A stretch of DNA of 64,000 nt from assembly GCA_963664305.2 (NCBI GenBank), contig CAXXLV010000001.1, forward strand, positions 672,001 to 736,000, in the 5' to 3' direction. Origin of the DNA: an uncultured Aliarcobacter sp. Its GTDB lineage: Bacteria; Campylobacterota; Campylobacteria; Campylobacterales; Arcobacteraceae. How positions within the stretch are numbered: the stretch's first letter is position 1; each line of letters opens with the position of its first letter. The notes below the pieces were generated by a model. It saw only the letters and a program-made list of their open reading frames with translations, had not been told where the DNA came from and made no database searches. A program made the translations under genes and the position numbers. Positions 54,383-64,000 of the stretch are shown here, in pieces.

Positions 54383-55384
54383 TTATTTTGAAAACTTTTC
54401 TGTAAAAGAAAAAATCTCCCCTCTTTTTCTCAAAATATTGTTCACAATATGATAACCATGGTTTAAAGCAATTGCTATAGACCCACCACTTGCAAATGCA
54501 ATATCTCCAGCCACATATATATCTTTAGCAGTTGTTTCTTGATGTTCATTAAATATAGGTTTTAAATCCTCATCTACTTCAATATTACATGCTTTTAGAA
54601 AATCAATAGGTGTTGTTCCACCAATTGCATATATTATTCTGTCATAAAGAACTGTAAAACCATCTGTAAAAAGGACTTTTACTTTTCCTTCTTCATTTTC
54701 AAGTGATTCAATATCAGTATTCATTCTAAGTCTAAGTTTCTCTTCACCATTATATTTGTTTAAAAGGTCTTCATTTAGATCATTTAATCTTGTGAAAGTA
54801 GGTTTTCTATAGACTAAAGTCACATTGTTATTTTGGTCAGCTAAATGATAAGCATATTCAGCTGCACTATTTCCTCCACCAACAACCAATATTTTTTCAT
54901 TTGACGAGCATCTATCTAGGTTAAAACCAACTTGTGATTTTATAGATGGTGGAATTTTATAATCTGGTTTATTTGGTTTTCCCATTTTACCAATAGCAAC
55001 AATTGCATTTTTTGTTTGAATAATTCCTTTTGATGTATGAACTTCTAACAAATCTGTTTCTTGATTTCTTATAATCTTTTCAACTTCTGTATTAAATATG
55101 GAATCAATTTTATCATTGTCTAACAAATCATTAAAATAATCTAATGTTGTCTCTTTTGTACCATCGAAAAAATCAACATTACCTTGTAGAGTTATAACTT
55201 GACCTTTATAATCTTTATCAACTCTTTTATTGTCTTTATAAAATTTTCTTATTGTGTTTGAGTGATTTTCTGTTTTTTCAATTAATAAAATATTACCAAT
55301 TTTATGAGCAGATGCTTCAATCGCACAGCCTATTCCTCCTGGTCCTCCACCGATAATTACAATATCATAAATTTTATTTTTCAT
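54383..55384 (-). CDS. Thioredoxin reductase-like FAD/NAD(P) oxidoreductase without CxxC
   Basis: GGGPGG, GGGNSAAE, AGD; no redox dithiol. Confidence 0.85.
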   Translation of the reverse strand: MKNKIYDIVIIGGGPGGIGCAIEASAHKIGNILLIEKTENHSNTIRKFYKDNKRVDKDYKGQVITLQGNVDFFDGTKETTLDYFNDLLDNDKIDSIFNTEVEKIIRNQETDLLEVHTSKGIIQTKNAIVAIGKMGKPNKPDYKIPPSIKSQVGFNLDRCSSNEKILVVGGGNSAAEYAYHLADQNNNVTLVYRKPTFTRLNDLNEDLLNKYNGEEKLRLRMNTDIESLENEEGKVKVLFTDGFTVLYDRIIYAIGGTTPIDFLKACNIEVDEDLKPIFNEHQETTAKDIYVAGDIAFASGGSIAIALNHGYHIVNNILRKRGEIFSFTEKFSK

Positions 55385-55517
55385 ATAAATCTCTCTTATA
55401 TTATTGGGATAGTTAAAAATTATACTTTAAATAATTAATTTTTTCAATATGTAACACTTGTAAGGCAATTTTCGATAAAATGGGCAAAAATTTATATTTA
55501 TAAAGGTTATAAAAGAT

Positions 55518-55901
55518 ATGGAAATTAAATATGGTGAAAAAGAAATTTTAGAATTTGATATTAATAAAGATGAAAATTTTTGGCCAAATGAACATGAAAA
55601 AAATTATGTAATTGATATTGAACTACCAGAATTCATGGCAAAATGTCCAAGAAGTGGTTATCCAGATTTTGCTACAATCAAAATACAATATACTCCAAAT
55701 AAAAGAGTTATTGAATTAAAAGCTTTAAAAATCTATATTAACTCTTTTATGAATAGATATATTTCTCATGAAAACTCTGCAAATGAAATTTTTGATACTT
55801 TAAATAGCAAATTAGAGCCAAAATGGCTTAAAGTTATTGCAGACTTTAAACCAAGAGGTAATGTACATACAGTTATTGAAATAGATAGCTCAAAACTTTA
55901 G
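55518..55901 (+). CDS. queF: PreQ1 synthase (7-cyano-7-deazaguanine reductase)
   Basis: EF..CP.SG.PDFA, ELKALK.Y, SHE, PRG. Confidence 0.95.
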   Translation: MEIKYGEKEILEFDINKDENFWPNEHEKNYVIDIELPEFMAKCPRSGYPDFATIKIQYTPNKRVIELKALKIYINSFMNRYISHENSANEIFDTLNSKLEPKWLKVIADFKPRGNVHTVIEIDSSKL

Positions 55902-55911
55902 GAATTTAACC

Positions 55912-56526
55912 TTGGAAAGATTAGTTACTACATCACAAGCTGCTGAGATATTAGGCTTATCTTTACAAGGAATACATTATCGTATTAAAAAAAATCAATT
56001 AAAATCAATCAAAAAAGATGGTAAAGTTTTTGTTTATGTTGATGATACAAATAAAGTATATAAACAAGAAGAAAAAATAGAACCAGTTAAAGAAGAAAAT
56101 AGTTTTAATAATTTTAATGCGGTAATTGAAGTAAAAAATGAACAAATTGAACTTCTAAAAAAATCAATGAAATGGATGAAAAAACAGTATATTTCAGAGA
56201 TTTTTAGACTTGAAAAAAATCAAAAAAAGATTATAGAAGTTTTTAACTCAGAAATAAAATTACTTCAAAGTGCATTTAATGAAATGCGTTCGATTTATAA
56301 ACCTCAAATAGAACAAAAAATTGAAGAAAAGAGAGAAAAAAACAGTAGTGGTTTTTTATCTTTAAAAGATTTTTTTATTTTAATGAAAAGAGAAAATAAA
56401 ACAGAACAAGAGATAAAATTTACTATTTTTAATGCAATTAAAAAAGGTGATAGAAGATTTATCTATAACAAAAAAGAAAAAAAGTTGTTGATTTTAGATG
56501 CTAATTTTGAGGATTTGCTGAAATAA
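55912..56526 (+). CDS. HTH plus coiled-coil DNA-binding protein
   Basis: T.QAAEILG.S...I.YRIK N-terminal HTH followed by a coiled coil. Confidence 0.75.
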   Translation: MERLVTTSQAAEILGLSLQGIHYRIKKNQLKSIKKDGKVFVYVDDTNKVYKQEEKIEPVKEENSFNNFNAVIEVKNEQIELLKKSMKWMKKQYISEIFRLEKNQKKIIEVFNSEIKLLQSAFNEMRSIYKPQIEQKIEEKREKNSSGFLSLKDFFILMKRENKTEQEIKFTIFNAIKKGDRRFIYNKKEKKLLILDANFEDLLK

Positions 56527-56540
56527 ATGATTTTTTTTGC

Positions 56541-56571
56541 AAAAAAAAAGAGTACTTTTAAAAGTACTCTT
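56541..56571 (-). terminator. Intrinsic terminator of the ncRNA
   Basis: AGAGTACTTTT/AAAAGTACTCT with A-tract on the + strand. Confidence 0.75.
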
Positions 56572-56710
56572 CTCCAGATACCTAAACACAACACTAATAA
56601 AGGTGCCTTGCTATGTTCCCATCCTGGGGCGTTGTCTCTAGAAATGCTTGAAAAGGTCTAAAGAAGAGCATTCAAAATACTAAAGTATTCTCAATGTTCC
56701 TCTTTTAGGG
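56541..56710 (-). ncRNA. ssrS: Probable 6S RNA
   Basis: GC-richer non-coding 170 nt; TATAAT at 56721-56716; 5' CCTAAA..AACATTGA pairs with 3' TTAGTGTT..TTTAGG; GGGAAC..AGCAAGGCACC 3' bubble region; own terminator. Confidence 0.6.
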
Positions 56711-56767
56711 TTGCAATTATAACTTAGCAATCTTTAATTTATACTAAATTTTTATAAAAAGAGTTAT

Positions 56768-57175
56768 ATGACATATTTAATGCTGTTTTTTTCTGCTTTT
56801 ATATCAGCAACACTTTTTCCTTTAGGAAGTGAAGCTCTATTAATTTATGATATTAAAGAGGGATATAATATATATTTATTACTATTTTTTGCCACTTTAG
56901 GAAATAGTTTAGGTTCAATTTTAAATTATTATCTTGGTTTAAAAGGTGAAGAGTATTTAATAGAAAAAAAGCTTTTAAATGAAAAATATATAGATATTTC
57001 AAAAAAATATTTTGATAAATATGGTTTTATTACAATTTTATTTTCATGGTTACCAATTATTGGTGATCCAATAACTTTTGTGGCTGGAATATTAAAATAT
57101 GATTTTAAAAAGTTTGTGATTTTAGTAGTTATTTCAAAGTTTTCTAGATATTTATTTATAGCTTTAGTAGTTTAA
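56768..57175 (+). CDS. YqaA/DedA family membrane protein
   Basis: SAF.SATL.P.GSE, GNSLGS..NY.LG, SWLP.IGDP. Confidence 0.9.
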   Translation: MTYLMLFFSAFISATLFPLGSEALLIYDIKEGYNIYLLLFFATLGNSLGSILNYYLGLKGEEYLIEKKLLNEKYIDISKKYFDKYGFITILFSWLPIIGDPITFVAGILKYDFKKFVILVVISKFSRYLFIALVV

Positions 57176-57199
57176 AACAAAGGAAAACCTTTGTTTTAA
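57172..57199. terminator. Bidirectional terminator
   Basis: TTAAAACAAAGG-AAAA-CCTTTGTTTTAA. Confidence 0.7.
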
Positions 57200-57201
57200 T
57201 A

Positions 57202-57588
57202 TTAGAAATCAGATACGTTAGCGTGAGCTTCTCTTGTAGCCATTGTGATATCGGCTCTAAATTTTTGCTCTTTAACTTCTGGAAGCATTAAACCTTTTGC
57301 TTTATGTTCTCTAATTTTATATTCACCTTTTTCATTCCCACTTAAATAGTAAGAATTGAAGTCAACTGTGTAAGGCATATCCCAAACAATTGCACCTTCA
57401 GTTGGACATGCTTCTGCACATCTTGGAGAATCAGCATGGTCAACACACTCAACACATGATTCAGGTTTTACATATAAAATCCCATCTTTTGGATTTTTTT
57501 CATTTCCATCTGGTAATATAGCTGCAACTGGACATTCAGAAGCACAGGCCTCACAGCTTATACATTCTTCTGTAATTTTAACTGCCAT
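57202..57588 (-). CDS. 2[4Fe-4S] ferredoxin, nif-associated FdxN-like, with C-terminal extension
   Basis: CxxCxxCxxxCP and CxxC-x8-CxxxCP. Confidence 0.88.
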   Translation of the reverse strand: MAVKITEECISCEACASECPVAAILPDGNEKNPKDGILYVKPESCVECVDHADSPRCAEACPTEGAIVWDMPYTVDFNSYYLSGNEKGEYKIREHKAKGLMLPEVKEQKFRADITMATREAHANVSDF

Positions 57589-57624
57589 TTTCTATCCTTT
57601 TTTATAAAAATATAAAAATTACGT

Positions 57625-57640
57625 TGCAAAACCTATTCCA
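57625..57640 (-). promoter_or_regulatory. Sigma54 (-24/-12) promoter of the ferredoxin
   Basis: Minus strand TGGAATAGGTTTTGCA (GG-N10-GC). Confidence 0.75.
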
Positions 57641-57648
57641 TTCTAAAA

Positions 57649-58905
57649 TTAATTAGCTATTTTTTTGAATAAAATCTCTTTTGTTGACTCTTGAATATCA
57701 TTATTTTCTTTATAAACTAATTCAATATCTTTTTCTTTGTCTATATACTCTTTTGTAATAATACATTTTTCTAAATTATCTTCAGAAGGAATAATGTATT
57801 GTAAAGGAAGCATTATATTTTCTATAATACCTCTAAGTCCCCTTGCTCCAACATCTTTTTCATGTGCAATTTCAGCAATTCTTTCAAGTGCTTCATCAGT
57901 GAAAACAAGCTCAACACCATCAAGTTCAAATAAAATTTCATACTGTTTTGTAATTGCATTTTTAGGCTCTTTTAAAACACGTATTAAATCTTCTTTTGAT
58001 AATTTATTAAGTTCAGCAATAACGGGAATTCTTCCTATAAATTCAGGAATTAGACCAAAAGATATTAACTCTTTAGCTTCAATTGCTTTTTTATTTTCTT
58101 GAATCTCTTCTTTTTTCAAGAATCCCATTTTAGGAGCTTTTTTACTTTTTTTGTGGCTATCATCTTCTCTTAAACCTACAAAGGCTCCCCCACAAATAAA
58201 TAAAACATGAGTTGTGTCAAAAAGAATTGTTTCAGCACTAGAGTTTTTTCTACTTCCTTTAACTGGAACATAAACTTCAGCACCTTCAAGGATTTTTAAA
58301 AGTCCTTGTTGAACTCCTTCTCCTGAAACATCTCTTCCACTTGTTGAACTTTCACTTTTATTTGCAATTTTGTCTATTTCATCGATATAAACAATACCTC
58401 TTTTTGCTTTTTCTACATCAAAATCAGCTGCAGCTAAAAGTCTTGAAAGTATTGATTCAACATCTTCTCCAACATAACCAGCTTCAGTTAAAGCAGTTGC
58501 ATCAGCAACTGCAAATGGAACATCCATGATTCTTGCTAAACTTTTTGCAAGTAGAGTTTTCCCAGAACCTGTAGGTCCTATAAGCATAATATTTGATTTT
58601 TCAATCTCAACATTTTTAACTATTGGTTTATCAATTCTTTTATAGTGATTATATAAAGCAACGGCAAGAACTTTTTTTGCTTCAAGTTGCCCAATTACAT
58701 AATCATCAAGATGTTCTTTTATTTTAACTGGAACACTAAGTCCTTTTTGGAACTCTTTTTTATTATCTTTTATAAGTTCTTTTTCTAGAACTTTTGCACA
58801 CATAGTTACACATTCATCACAAATGTGAGCCTCTTCACTAGAGAATATTTTTTTTACTTCTGTTATCTCTTTTCCACAGAAATCGCAATTATGTATTTCA
58901 CTCAT
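57649..58905 (-). CDS. clpX: ATP-dependent Clp protease ATP-binding subunit ClpX (nif-associated paralogue)
   Basis: CxxC..CxxC zinc domain, GPTGSGKT, TEAGYVGEDVE, RDVSGEGVQQ, MGF loop, GARGLR. Confidence 0.92.
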   Translation of the reverse strand: MSEIHNCDFCGKEITEVKKIFSSEEAHICDECVTMCAKVLEKELIKDNKKEFQKGLSVPVKIKEHLDDYVIGQLEAKKVLAVALYNHYKRIDKPIVKNVEIEKSNIMLIGPTGSGKTLLAKSLARIMDVPFAVADATALTEAGYVGEDVESILSRLLAAADFDVEKAKRGIVYIDEIDKIANKSESSTSGRDVSGEGVQQGLLKILEGAEVYVPVKGSRKNSSAETILFDTTHVLFICGGAFVGLREDDSHKKSKKAPKMGFLKKEEIQENKKAIEAKELISFGLIPEFIGRIPVIAELNKLSKEDLIRVLKEPKNAITKQYEILFELDGVELVFTDEALERIAEIAHEKDVGARGLRGIIENIMLPLQYIIPSEDNLEKCIITKEYIDKEKDIELVYKENNDIQESTKEILFKKIAN

Positions 58906-59722
58906 GGTTTTTTATAAACTCATTAATGCTCATATTTAATGCTGTTAAATTATGAGTTTTAATAAATTTATCCTCTTTTTTAGTTAATTCATCTTTATTA
59001 AATAAAACAATCCCACTTTCTAGACCAATAGTAACTTCATTAGTAACCATTCTAAAAGTATCCCTTGAAAAATCTACACCTAAAAACAAATACTCTTTAT
59101 TTTTTCTATACTCTTTTAAAATTTCAGGCATTGCATACCCACCCATAGCTTCAGTTAACCAATCAACAAAATCTGCATCACTAATGATGAAATTCATTTC
59201 AGGTTTTGTAGAACCCATTGGTTTAAATAAAATAGGTAAATCTAAAGTTAATTTATCTTTTTCAATTCTTGTGTATGTTTTTGTTTCCATATCATAAGAA
59301 TAAATTAGATATCTGTCCCAATCAGCTGTTATTCTTGATACACCTGTAATTAAGAAGTGATTACAGTCACTGTAGATTTTTTGTAAGCTATCATCCATGT
59401 TTGTATCGATTACATATTTTGGTTTTAAAGTTGCTAACCATTTATATGTATCTGGTATTTCATACTCTTTTGAAGAGTAGATAAAATTTGTCATTTGAAC
59501 AATGAATTCTCTACCTTTTCTTTGTTCTAAACTCATAGCAGCTCGGCTATACTCATACATAAGTCTTGGACTCATGGCTCTTCCATTATTCAAAGCTAAA
59601 ATCATTGAATCGCTATCATAAGGAAGAGTTGACCCATCCTTACATTTTGTATCTTGAAATATTCCCATTCCTAAGAACGGAATAAGTTCCCCACTTTTTA
59701 TCTTTTCAACTATACTATCCAT
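58898..59722 (-). CDS. SIR2-like domain protein in nif cluster
   Basis: IPFLG.G, DTN.D, KP.GS, .SD.D, LFLG. Confidence 0.75.
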   Translation of the reverse strand: MDSIVEKIKSGELIPFLGMGIFQDTKCKDGSTLPYDSDSMILALNNGRAMSPRLMYEYSRAAMSLEQRKGREFIVQMTNFIYSSKEYEIPDTYKWLATLKPKYVIDTNMDDSLQKIYSDCNHFLITGVSRITADWDRYLIYSYDMETKTYTRIEKDKLTLDLPILFKPMGSTKPEMNFIISDADFVDWLTEAMGGYAMPEILKEYRKNKEYLFLGVDFSRDTFRMVTNEVTIGLESGIVLFNKDELTKKEDKFIKTHNLTALNMSINEFIKNHE

Positions 59723-60239
59723 GACAACCTGCTCCTGTGTATGACTGATAGACTTTGTTTAGTTCAACCCTTATTCTTTCGATGTTTAAAGGCTTTTCTA
59801 AATCATTAGGCATATCAATATGATAAACAGCACCATCTTTACCAATTAAAAAAAGTGCCTTTGTTAATTTATTTTCCAAAGTACCACTTACAATTTTTGT
59901 TCCGTACATCTCTGCAAATTCTTCATTTACGTCAAATATAGGAATTATTTTTTTAAATTGGTAAGGAATGTCGAATTCCTTGTTAAAAATAATATAAGTA
60001 AATATATCAACTTTTGCATCATTCATGAATTCATCAAACATAATAATTTCTTTTGAGAATTCATCAAAAGATGGAAAAGACATGAAAATTTGTATATTTC
60101 TATTTGGGCTAGCTCTTTTTATTTCAATTTTATTTTTATTTAAATCAATTGCTTCAAAATTTTCAGCCATATAACCAATATCTATAAAATCATCAGTTAA
60201 TTCCATTTCTTCATTTTTGTATGTTATTTTAGATTTCAT
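59715..60239 (-). CDS. Thiol peroxidase (Tpx)-like redoxin lacking the catalytic Cys
   Basis: G..A.NF, SFPS, FA..YG..I..G.L...L..A.F.I..DG.V. Confidence 0.65.
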   Translation of the reverse strand: MKSKITYKNEEMELTDDFIDIGYMAENFEAIDLNKNKIEIKRASPNRNIQIFMSFPSFDEFSKEIIMFDEFMNDAKVDIFTYIIFNKEFDIPYQFKKIIPIFDVNEEFAEMYGTKIVSGTLENKLTKALFLIGKDGAVYHIDMPNDLEKPLNIERIRVELNKVYQSYTGAGCHG

Positions 60240-61758
60240 ATTTTTTTATTTTATACCCAATTTGTCTAAGAGTTATTCCTAACTCATCTGCTGCTCTTGA
60301 ATGATTGTAATCATTGTTTTCAAGCGCCTCAATAATTGCTTCTTTTTCCATTTCATCTAAAGTCATAGTTCTTTTTGAAATAGGTTTATATTCACTTTTT
60401 AATTTTTGGTCATTAAGTGCTGGAAGAAGTAGTAACATATCAAATTTGCTAATACCATCTTCGTTACCCATTAAAACAATTCTTTCAATTGTATTTTCAA
60501 GTTCTCTTACATTGCCCGGCCACGGGTAACTACAGAGTGCATCCATTGCTTCATCTGTAATGGTTACTATTTTTTTATGGTTTTTCATAGAACGTTCTAA
60601 AAAGAAGTTAACAAGTTGTTTTATGTCATCACCTCTTTCTCTAAGTGGTGGTAAATCAATAGGAATTACATTTAATCTATAATATAAATCCTCTCTAAAT
60701 TTTCCATCTTTTACCATTTGTTCAAGATTTCTATTTGTTGCAGCAACAAGTCTTACATTTACTTTAATTGTTTTACTTCCTCCTACTCGCTCAAACTCTC
60801 TTTCTTGTAAAACCCTAAGAAGTTTTACTTGTGCAGAAGCTGATATATCGCCTATTTCATCTAAAAACAGAGTTCCACCATCAGCAAGTTCAAATCTTCC
60901 TTTTCTAGTCTCTCTAGCATCTGTAAATGCGCCTTTTTCATGACCAAAAAGTTCACTCTCAAGTAAAGTATCTGTAATTGCAGCACAGTTTAATTTAATA
61001 AATGGTTCATCTTTTCTATTACTTCTTTTGTGAATAGCAGCTGCAACTAACTCTTTTCCAGTTCCAGTTTCACCCCGAACTAATACAGTTACATCTGATT
61101 GTGCAATTCTTTGAATTACTTTGAAAACTTGTTGCATTTTTGGACTATCTCCAATAATATCTCCAAAGTTATGTACTTTTGAATCCCATTCCATTTTATA
61201 GTAAAGTTTTAACTCTTGAAGTCTTTCTTTCTCTTTTTTATTTAATTGAAATGAATAGATTGTTTGAGCAAAAATTGAACTAACAATAGTCAAAATTCTA
61301 ACCGTATCATCAAGTTGAATTTCTGCTGTTTTTGTTATAACTGTTCCTAAAACACCTATTGCTTCATTGTCTATCATTAATGGAACTGCTACATAAGATT
61401 TTCCATTAAAATCTCTTTTCCCTGATTTATTTAAAAAAAGAGAATTATTATGAATATTTTCAACAACAACTGGTTCTTTAGATTCTATTACCATTCCAGT
61501 TACACCTTCACCAACTTTATAAGTTGATAAGGTTTTTTGGAATTTTGATAATTCAATCGAAGCAAAAACATTTAGAACATCGTCCTCTAAAATATGTACA
61601 ACACAATTGTCTAAATTCAAACTATTTTTTAATACCCTCATTGATTTTTCTAATGAAGTTTGTAAATCGTAGTGATTTGAAATAATAGATGATATTTCAT
61701 AGAGTGTTGTTAGCTCTCTAATAGTTAGACAGCCCATACAGGCAGATTTATCAAACAT
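60229..61758 (-). CDS. nifA: Nif-specific sigma54 activator NifA
   Basis: GAF domain, [49 protein letters not shown]; next to nifT. Confidence 0.88.
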   Translation of the reverse strand: MFDKSACMGCLTIRELTTLYEISSIISNHYDLQTSLEKSMRVLKNSLNLDNCVVHILEDDVLNVFASIELSKFQKTLSTYKVGEGVTGMVIESKEPVVVENIHNNSLFLNKSGKRDFNGKSYVAVPLMIDNEAIGVLGTVITKTAEIQLDDTVRILTIVSSIFAQTIYSFQLNKKEKERLQELKLYYKMEWDSKVHNFGDIIGDSPKMQQVFKVIQRIAQSDVTVLVRGETGTGKELVAAAIHKRSNRKDEPFIKLNCAAITDTLLESELFGHEKGAFTDARETRKGRFELADGGTLFLDEIGDISASAQVKLLRVLQEREFERVGGSKTIKVNVRLVAATNRNLEQMVKDGKFREDLYYRLNVIPIDLPPLRERGDDIKQLVNFFLERSMKNHKKIVTITDEAMDALCSYPWPGNVRELENTIERIVLMGNEDGISKFDMLLLLPALNDQKLKSEYKPISKRTMTLDEMEKEAIIEALENNDYNHSRAADELGITLRQIGYKIKKYEI

Positions 61759-61786
61759 TATGCCTCCTTTTTATTCTTATTGTCTA

Positions 61787-61841
61787 ATTATAATGATTTT
61801 TTTGGTCAATAATGAATGACCATTTGTATATAAGATAGACA
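61787..61841 (-). promoter_or_regulatory. nifA promoter: dyad operator and -10
   Basis: Minus strand TGTCT-ATCTTAT-ATACAA (61841-61824) and TATAAT (61792-61787). Confidence 0.6.
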
Positions 61842-61844
61842 GTT

Positions 61845-62054
61845 TTAGTCGGCGATTTTTTTACAAACTTCTTCTTTAGGTAATTTTTTTGCTCCTGGTT
61901 GAATCCACCATGTTTCACCATTTGATAAAACTGCATTTCCACCCCATTTTTCTTCTGTATCAAACTCTATTTCTTCAATAGTCTCTTCCATATCTTTTTT
62001 TGCAAAATAAAAAGATACAACACCATCTACTTCTCTTAACATTACTTTTGCCAT
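61845..62054 (-). CDS. nifT: Nitrogen fixation protein NifT/FixU
   Basis: KVM.R, Y.AKKD.EE, WGG...L.NG. Confidence 0.92.
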   Translation of the reverse strand: MAKVMLREVDGVVSFYFAKKDMEETIEEIEFDTEEKWGGNAVLSNGETWWIQPGAKKLPKEEVCKKIAD

Positions 62055-62057
62055 TTT

Positions 62058-63704
62058 TTACTCCTTATTTATAAATAAATTTTTGATAATTTTTAAAATA
62101 TCATTCTCCTTGAATGAGATTTTAAAGAAACCTTTTTTTAGCTCTTTAACTACAAAACTTCTATCATATTCTTTAGAAGTTTGAGGATAATCTTCTCTGA
62201 AATGAGCCCCTCTGCTCTCTTTTCTTTTTAAAGCACTTAAAATTATTGCTTCTGAGATTTCTAGAGCATTTCTCAATTCTAAAATAGCTGTAAGTTCAAC
62301 ATTATTGTTTTTTTCTTTATTTATACAGTGAAGTGTATATGAGATTTGTCTTAGATATTTAACATAGTCAAAGGCCAATGTAAGACTTAGTTCATTTTTG
62401 ATAATTCCAACTTTTTCAAAAAGTGTTTTTCCTAAACTTATTCTAATAGCATTAAAGTTTTTAGTTGTATCACCTGAAAAAATAAAATCTATCATTTCTA
62501 TATCTTTTATCACAGTGTTATAATCTATTGGTGAGTATTCATTTTCTTGTGAATATTTTAAAGCTTCCATTCCAGCTAATTCACCAAATACACAACCTTC
62601 AAGTAAAGAGTTTCCTCCAAGTCTATTTGCTCCATGAACTCCATTTGATGCCATTTCTCCACAAACATATAAACCTTTTAGTTCACATTTTGTCATATTA
62701 ACGTCAACTCCACCCATTGTATAGTGAGCAACAGGTTTTATTTCAAGTAGTTCTTCTGCTAGATTAATTCCCGTTTGATTTAAAGCAGCATTGTATAAAG
62801 ATGGTAGTTTTTGTTGGATTTTTTCAACTCCAAGATGTCTTAAATCCATAAAAACTTTTTTACCTTCAAGTTGCTCTTTTAAAATAGCCCTTGCAACTTT
62901 ATCTCTAGTATCAAGTTCATTTACAAATCTATTTCCATCACTATTAACTAAGTAACCACCCTCACCTCGTGCAGCTTCAGTTACTAAATAGTTTGTTTTT
63001 ACAAAACCTGTTGGATGAAACTGAACAAATTCCATATCTTTTAAATATAATCCAGCTCGTAATGCAACAGCTAATAAATCTCCAGTATAATCAGGAGCAT
63101 TTGTTGAATATCCTCTATAAATCCCAGCATATCCACCACCTGCTAAAATGACAGCTTTTGAAGAATATATCATTATTTGAGAATTATCTTTATTTAAAGA
63201 TACTACTCCACTTACTCTATCTTGATATTTTGCAAGATTTAAAATATAGTTGTTTGGTAAAAAAGTTATGCCTTTAGCTTTAGCCTTTTTTATAAGTGCC
63301 ATAGTAATTGCACTTCCTGTTTTATCTCCAACATAACAAGTTCTATTAGAACTTCCTCCACCAAAAGGTCGTTGAGCTATTGTTCCATCTTCATTTCTAT
63401 CAAACTCTACACCATATTCAACTAATTTATTTACTATTTTAGAGGCTTGTTTACACATATATGTGATAGCTTTTTTATTTCCTAAACCTTTTCCTGAAAT
63501 TAAAGTATCATTTATATGTTGATTTATCTCTTTTGTATTATTTGAGTCAAGTACTGCATTTATTCCACCACTTGCCATTGAAGAGTTAGATTTGAAAACA
63601 TTTCCCTTTGTAATTAGTGCAACTTTGTTATTCTCATTTTTAGCTTCAATTGCAGCCATTAATCCTGCAATTCCACCTCCAACTACTATTACATCATAAA
63701 TCAT
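62058..63704 (-). CDS. SdhA/FrdA/NadB family flavoprotein
   Basis: GGGIAG, QFHPT, TEAARGEGG, HYTMGG, HGANRLGGNSL, ESRGAHFR.DYP. Confidence 0.88.
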   Translation of the reverse strand: MIYDVIVVGGGIAGLMAAIEAKNENNKVALITKGNVFKSNSSMASGGINAVLDSNNTKEINQHINDTLISGKGLGNKKAITYMCKQASKIVNKLVEYGVEFDRNEDGTIAQRPFGGGSSNRTCYVGDKTGSAITMALIKKAKAKGITFLPNNYILNLAKYQDRVSGVVSLNKDNSQIMIYSSKAVILAGGGYAGIYRGYSTNAPDYTGDLLAVALRAGLYLKDMEFVQFHPTGFVKTNYLVTEAARGEGGYLVNSDGNRFVNELDTRDKVARAILKEQLEGKKVFMDLRHLGVEKIQQKLPSLYNAALNQTGINLAEELLEIKPVAHYTMGGVDVNMTKCELKGLYVCGEMASNGVHGANRLGGNSLLEGCVFGELAGMEALKYSQENEYSPIDYNTVIKDIEMIDFIFSGDTTKNFNAIRISLGKTLFEKVGIIKNELSLTLAFDYVKYLRQISYTLHCINKEKNNNVELTAILELRNALEISEAIILSALKRKESRGAHFREDYPQTSKEYDRSFVVKELKKGFFKISFKENDILKIIKNLFINKE

Positions 63705-64000
63705 TTATACTCGATACATTAAATCATATTTAGCTCTTGATGTTGCAGGAACCTTTGTGATTTCTAAATTCTTTTTGATATGAACTGGAACTTTTGATGC
63801 AAAAAGTGATGAAATTAATCCAGGAGTTGAACGAACAAATTGAAGTGCTAGTTGGATGTCATTTTCTAAAATCATTTTAGAATCAAGCAAGTAACCAACT
63901 TGGGCATTAAACGATTTTTTAAATAGATTCATTTGTAAAAGAGAAGAACTTGAAATTACTCCTATTTTTAATCTATGAGCAGCTTGTAGTAAAGTACACT
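63705..64000 (-). CDS. Aldo/keto reductase-like protein, C-terminal part (5' end outside window)
   Basis: Frame stays open to the window edge (CTLLQAAHRLKIGVISSSSLLQ...); QLALQFVRSTPG...H...NL tail. Confidence 0.65.
   Translation of the reverse strand, partial: CTLLQAAHRLKIGVISSSSLLQMNLFKKSFNAQVGYLLDSKMILENDIQLALQFVRSTPGLISSLFASKVPVHIKKNLEITKVPATSRAKYDLMYRV

Noticed and set aside
58898..59722. SIR2 protein as an anti-phage (Thoeris/DSR-type) effector
   Set aside because: Embedded by overlaps in a nif operon, no defence partners, catalytic His apparently replaced
61803..61822. TGGTCA-N8-TGACCA as nifT terminator or separate operator
   Set aside because: Short stem without a U-tract on the coding strand and seen only once; no role can be assigned

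Overview
AT-rich chromosomal window from a Campylobacterota bacterium, most likely Arcobacteraceae (inferred from the ruvC-dnaA-dnaN-gyrB-oxidoreductase-queF order, thyX, multiple hemerythrins and low GC). It spans the replication origin and ends inside a nitrogen-fixation accessory cluster (nifT, nifA, Tpx-like, SIR2-like, clpX paralogue, ferredoxin). It also holds a sulfur assimilation operon, hsp20 with CIRCE/HAIR-like sites, two convergent circularly permuted ATP-grasp/alpha-E amidoligase operons, typA, an eptA-PAP2-dgkA and diheme cytochrome c/two-component cluster, yedEF, a probable 6S RNA, and an AbiJ/HEPN-like gene between structured elements. Most notable: a dyad TGTHT-N7-ATACAA occurs upstream of nifA and of both amidoligase operons, in two cases exactly 32 nt from TATAAT. 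This suggests a nitrogen-controlled peptide ligation/removal system that uses an active plus degenerate M14 peptidase pair. A sigma54-type promoter also ties a distant AAA+/VWA pair to the nif genes. All functional calls come from motif recognition by eye; no searches were run.
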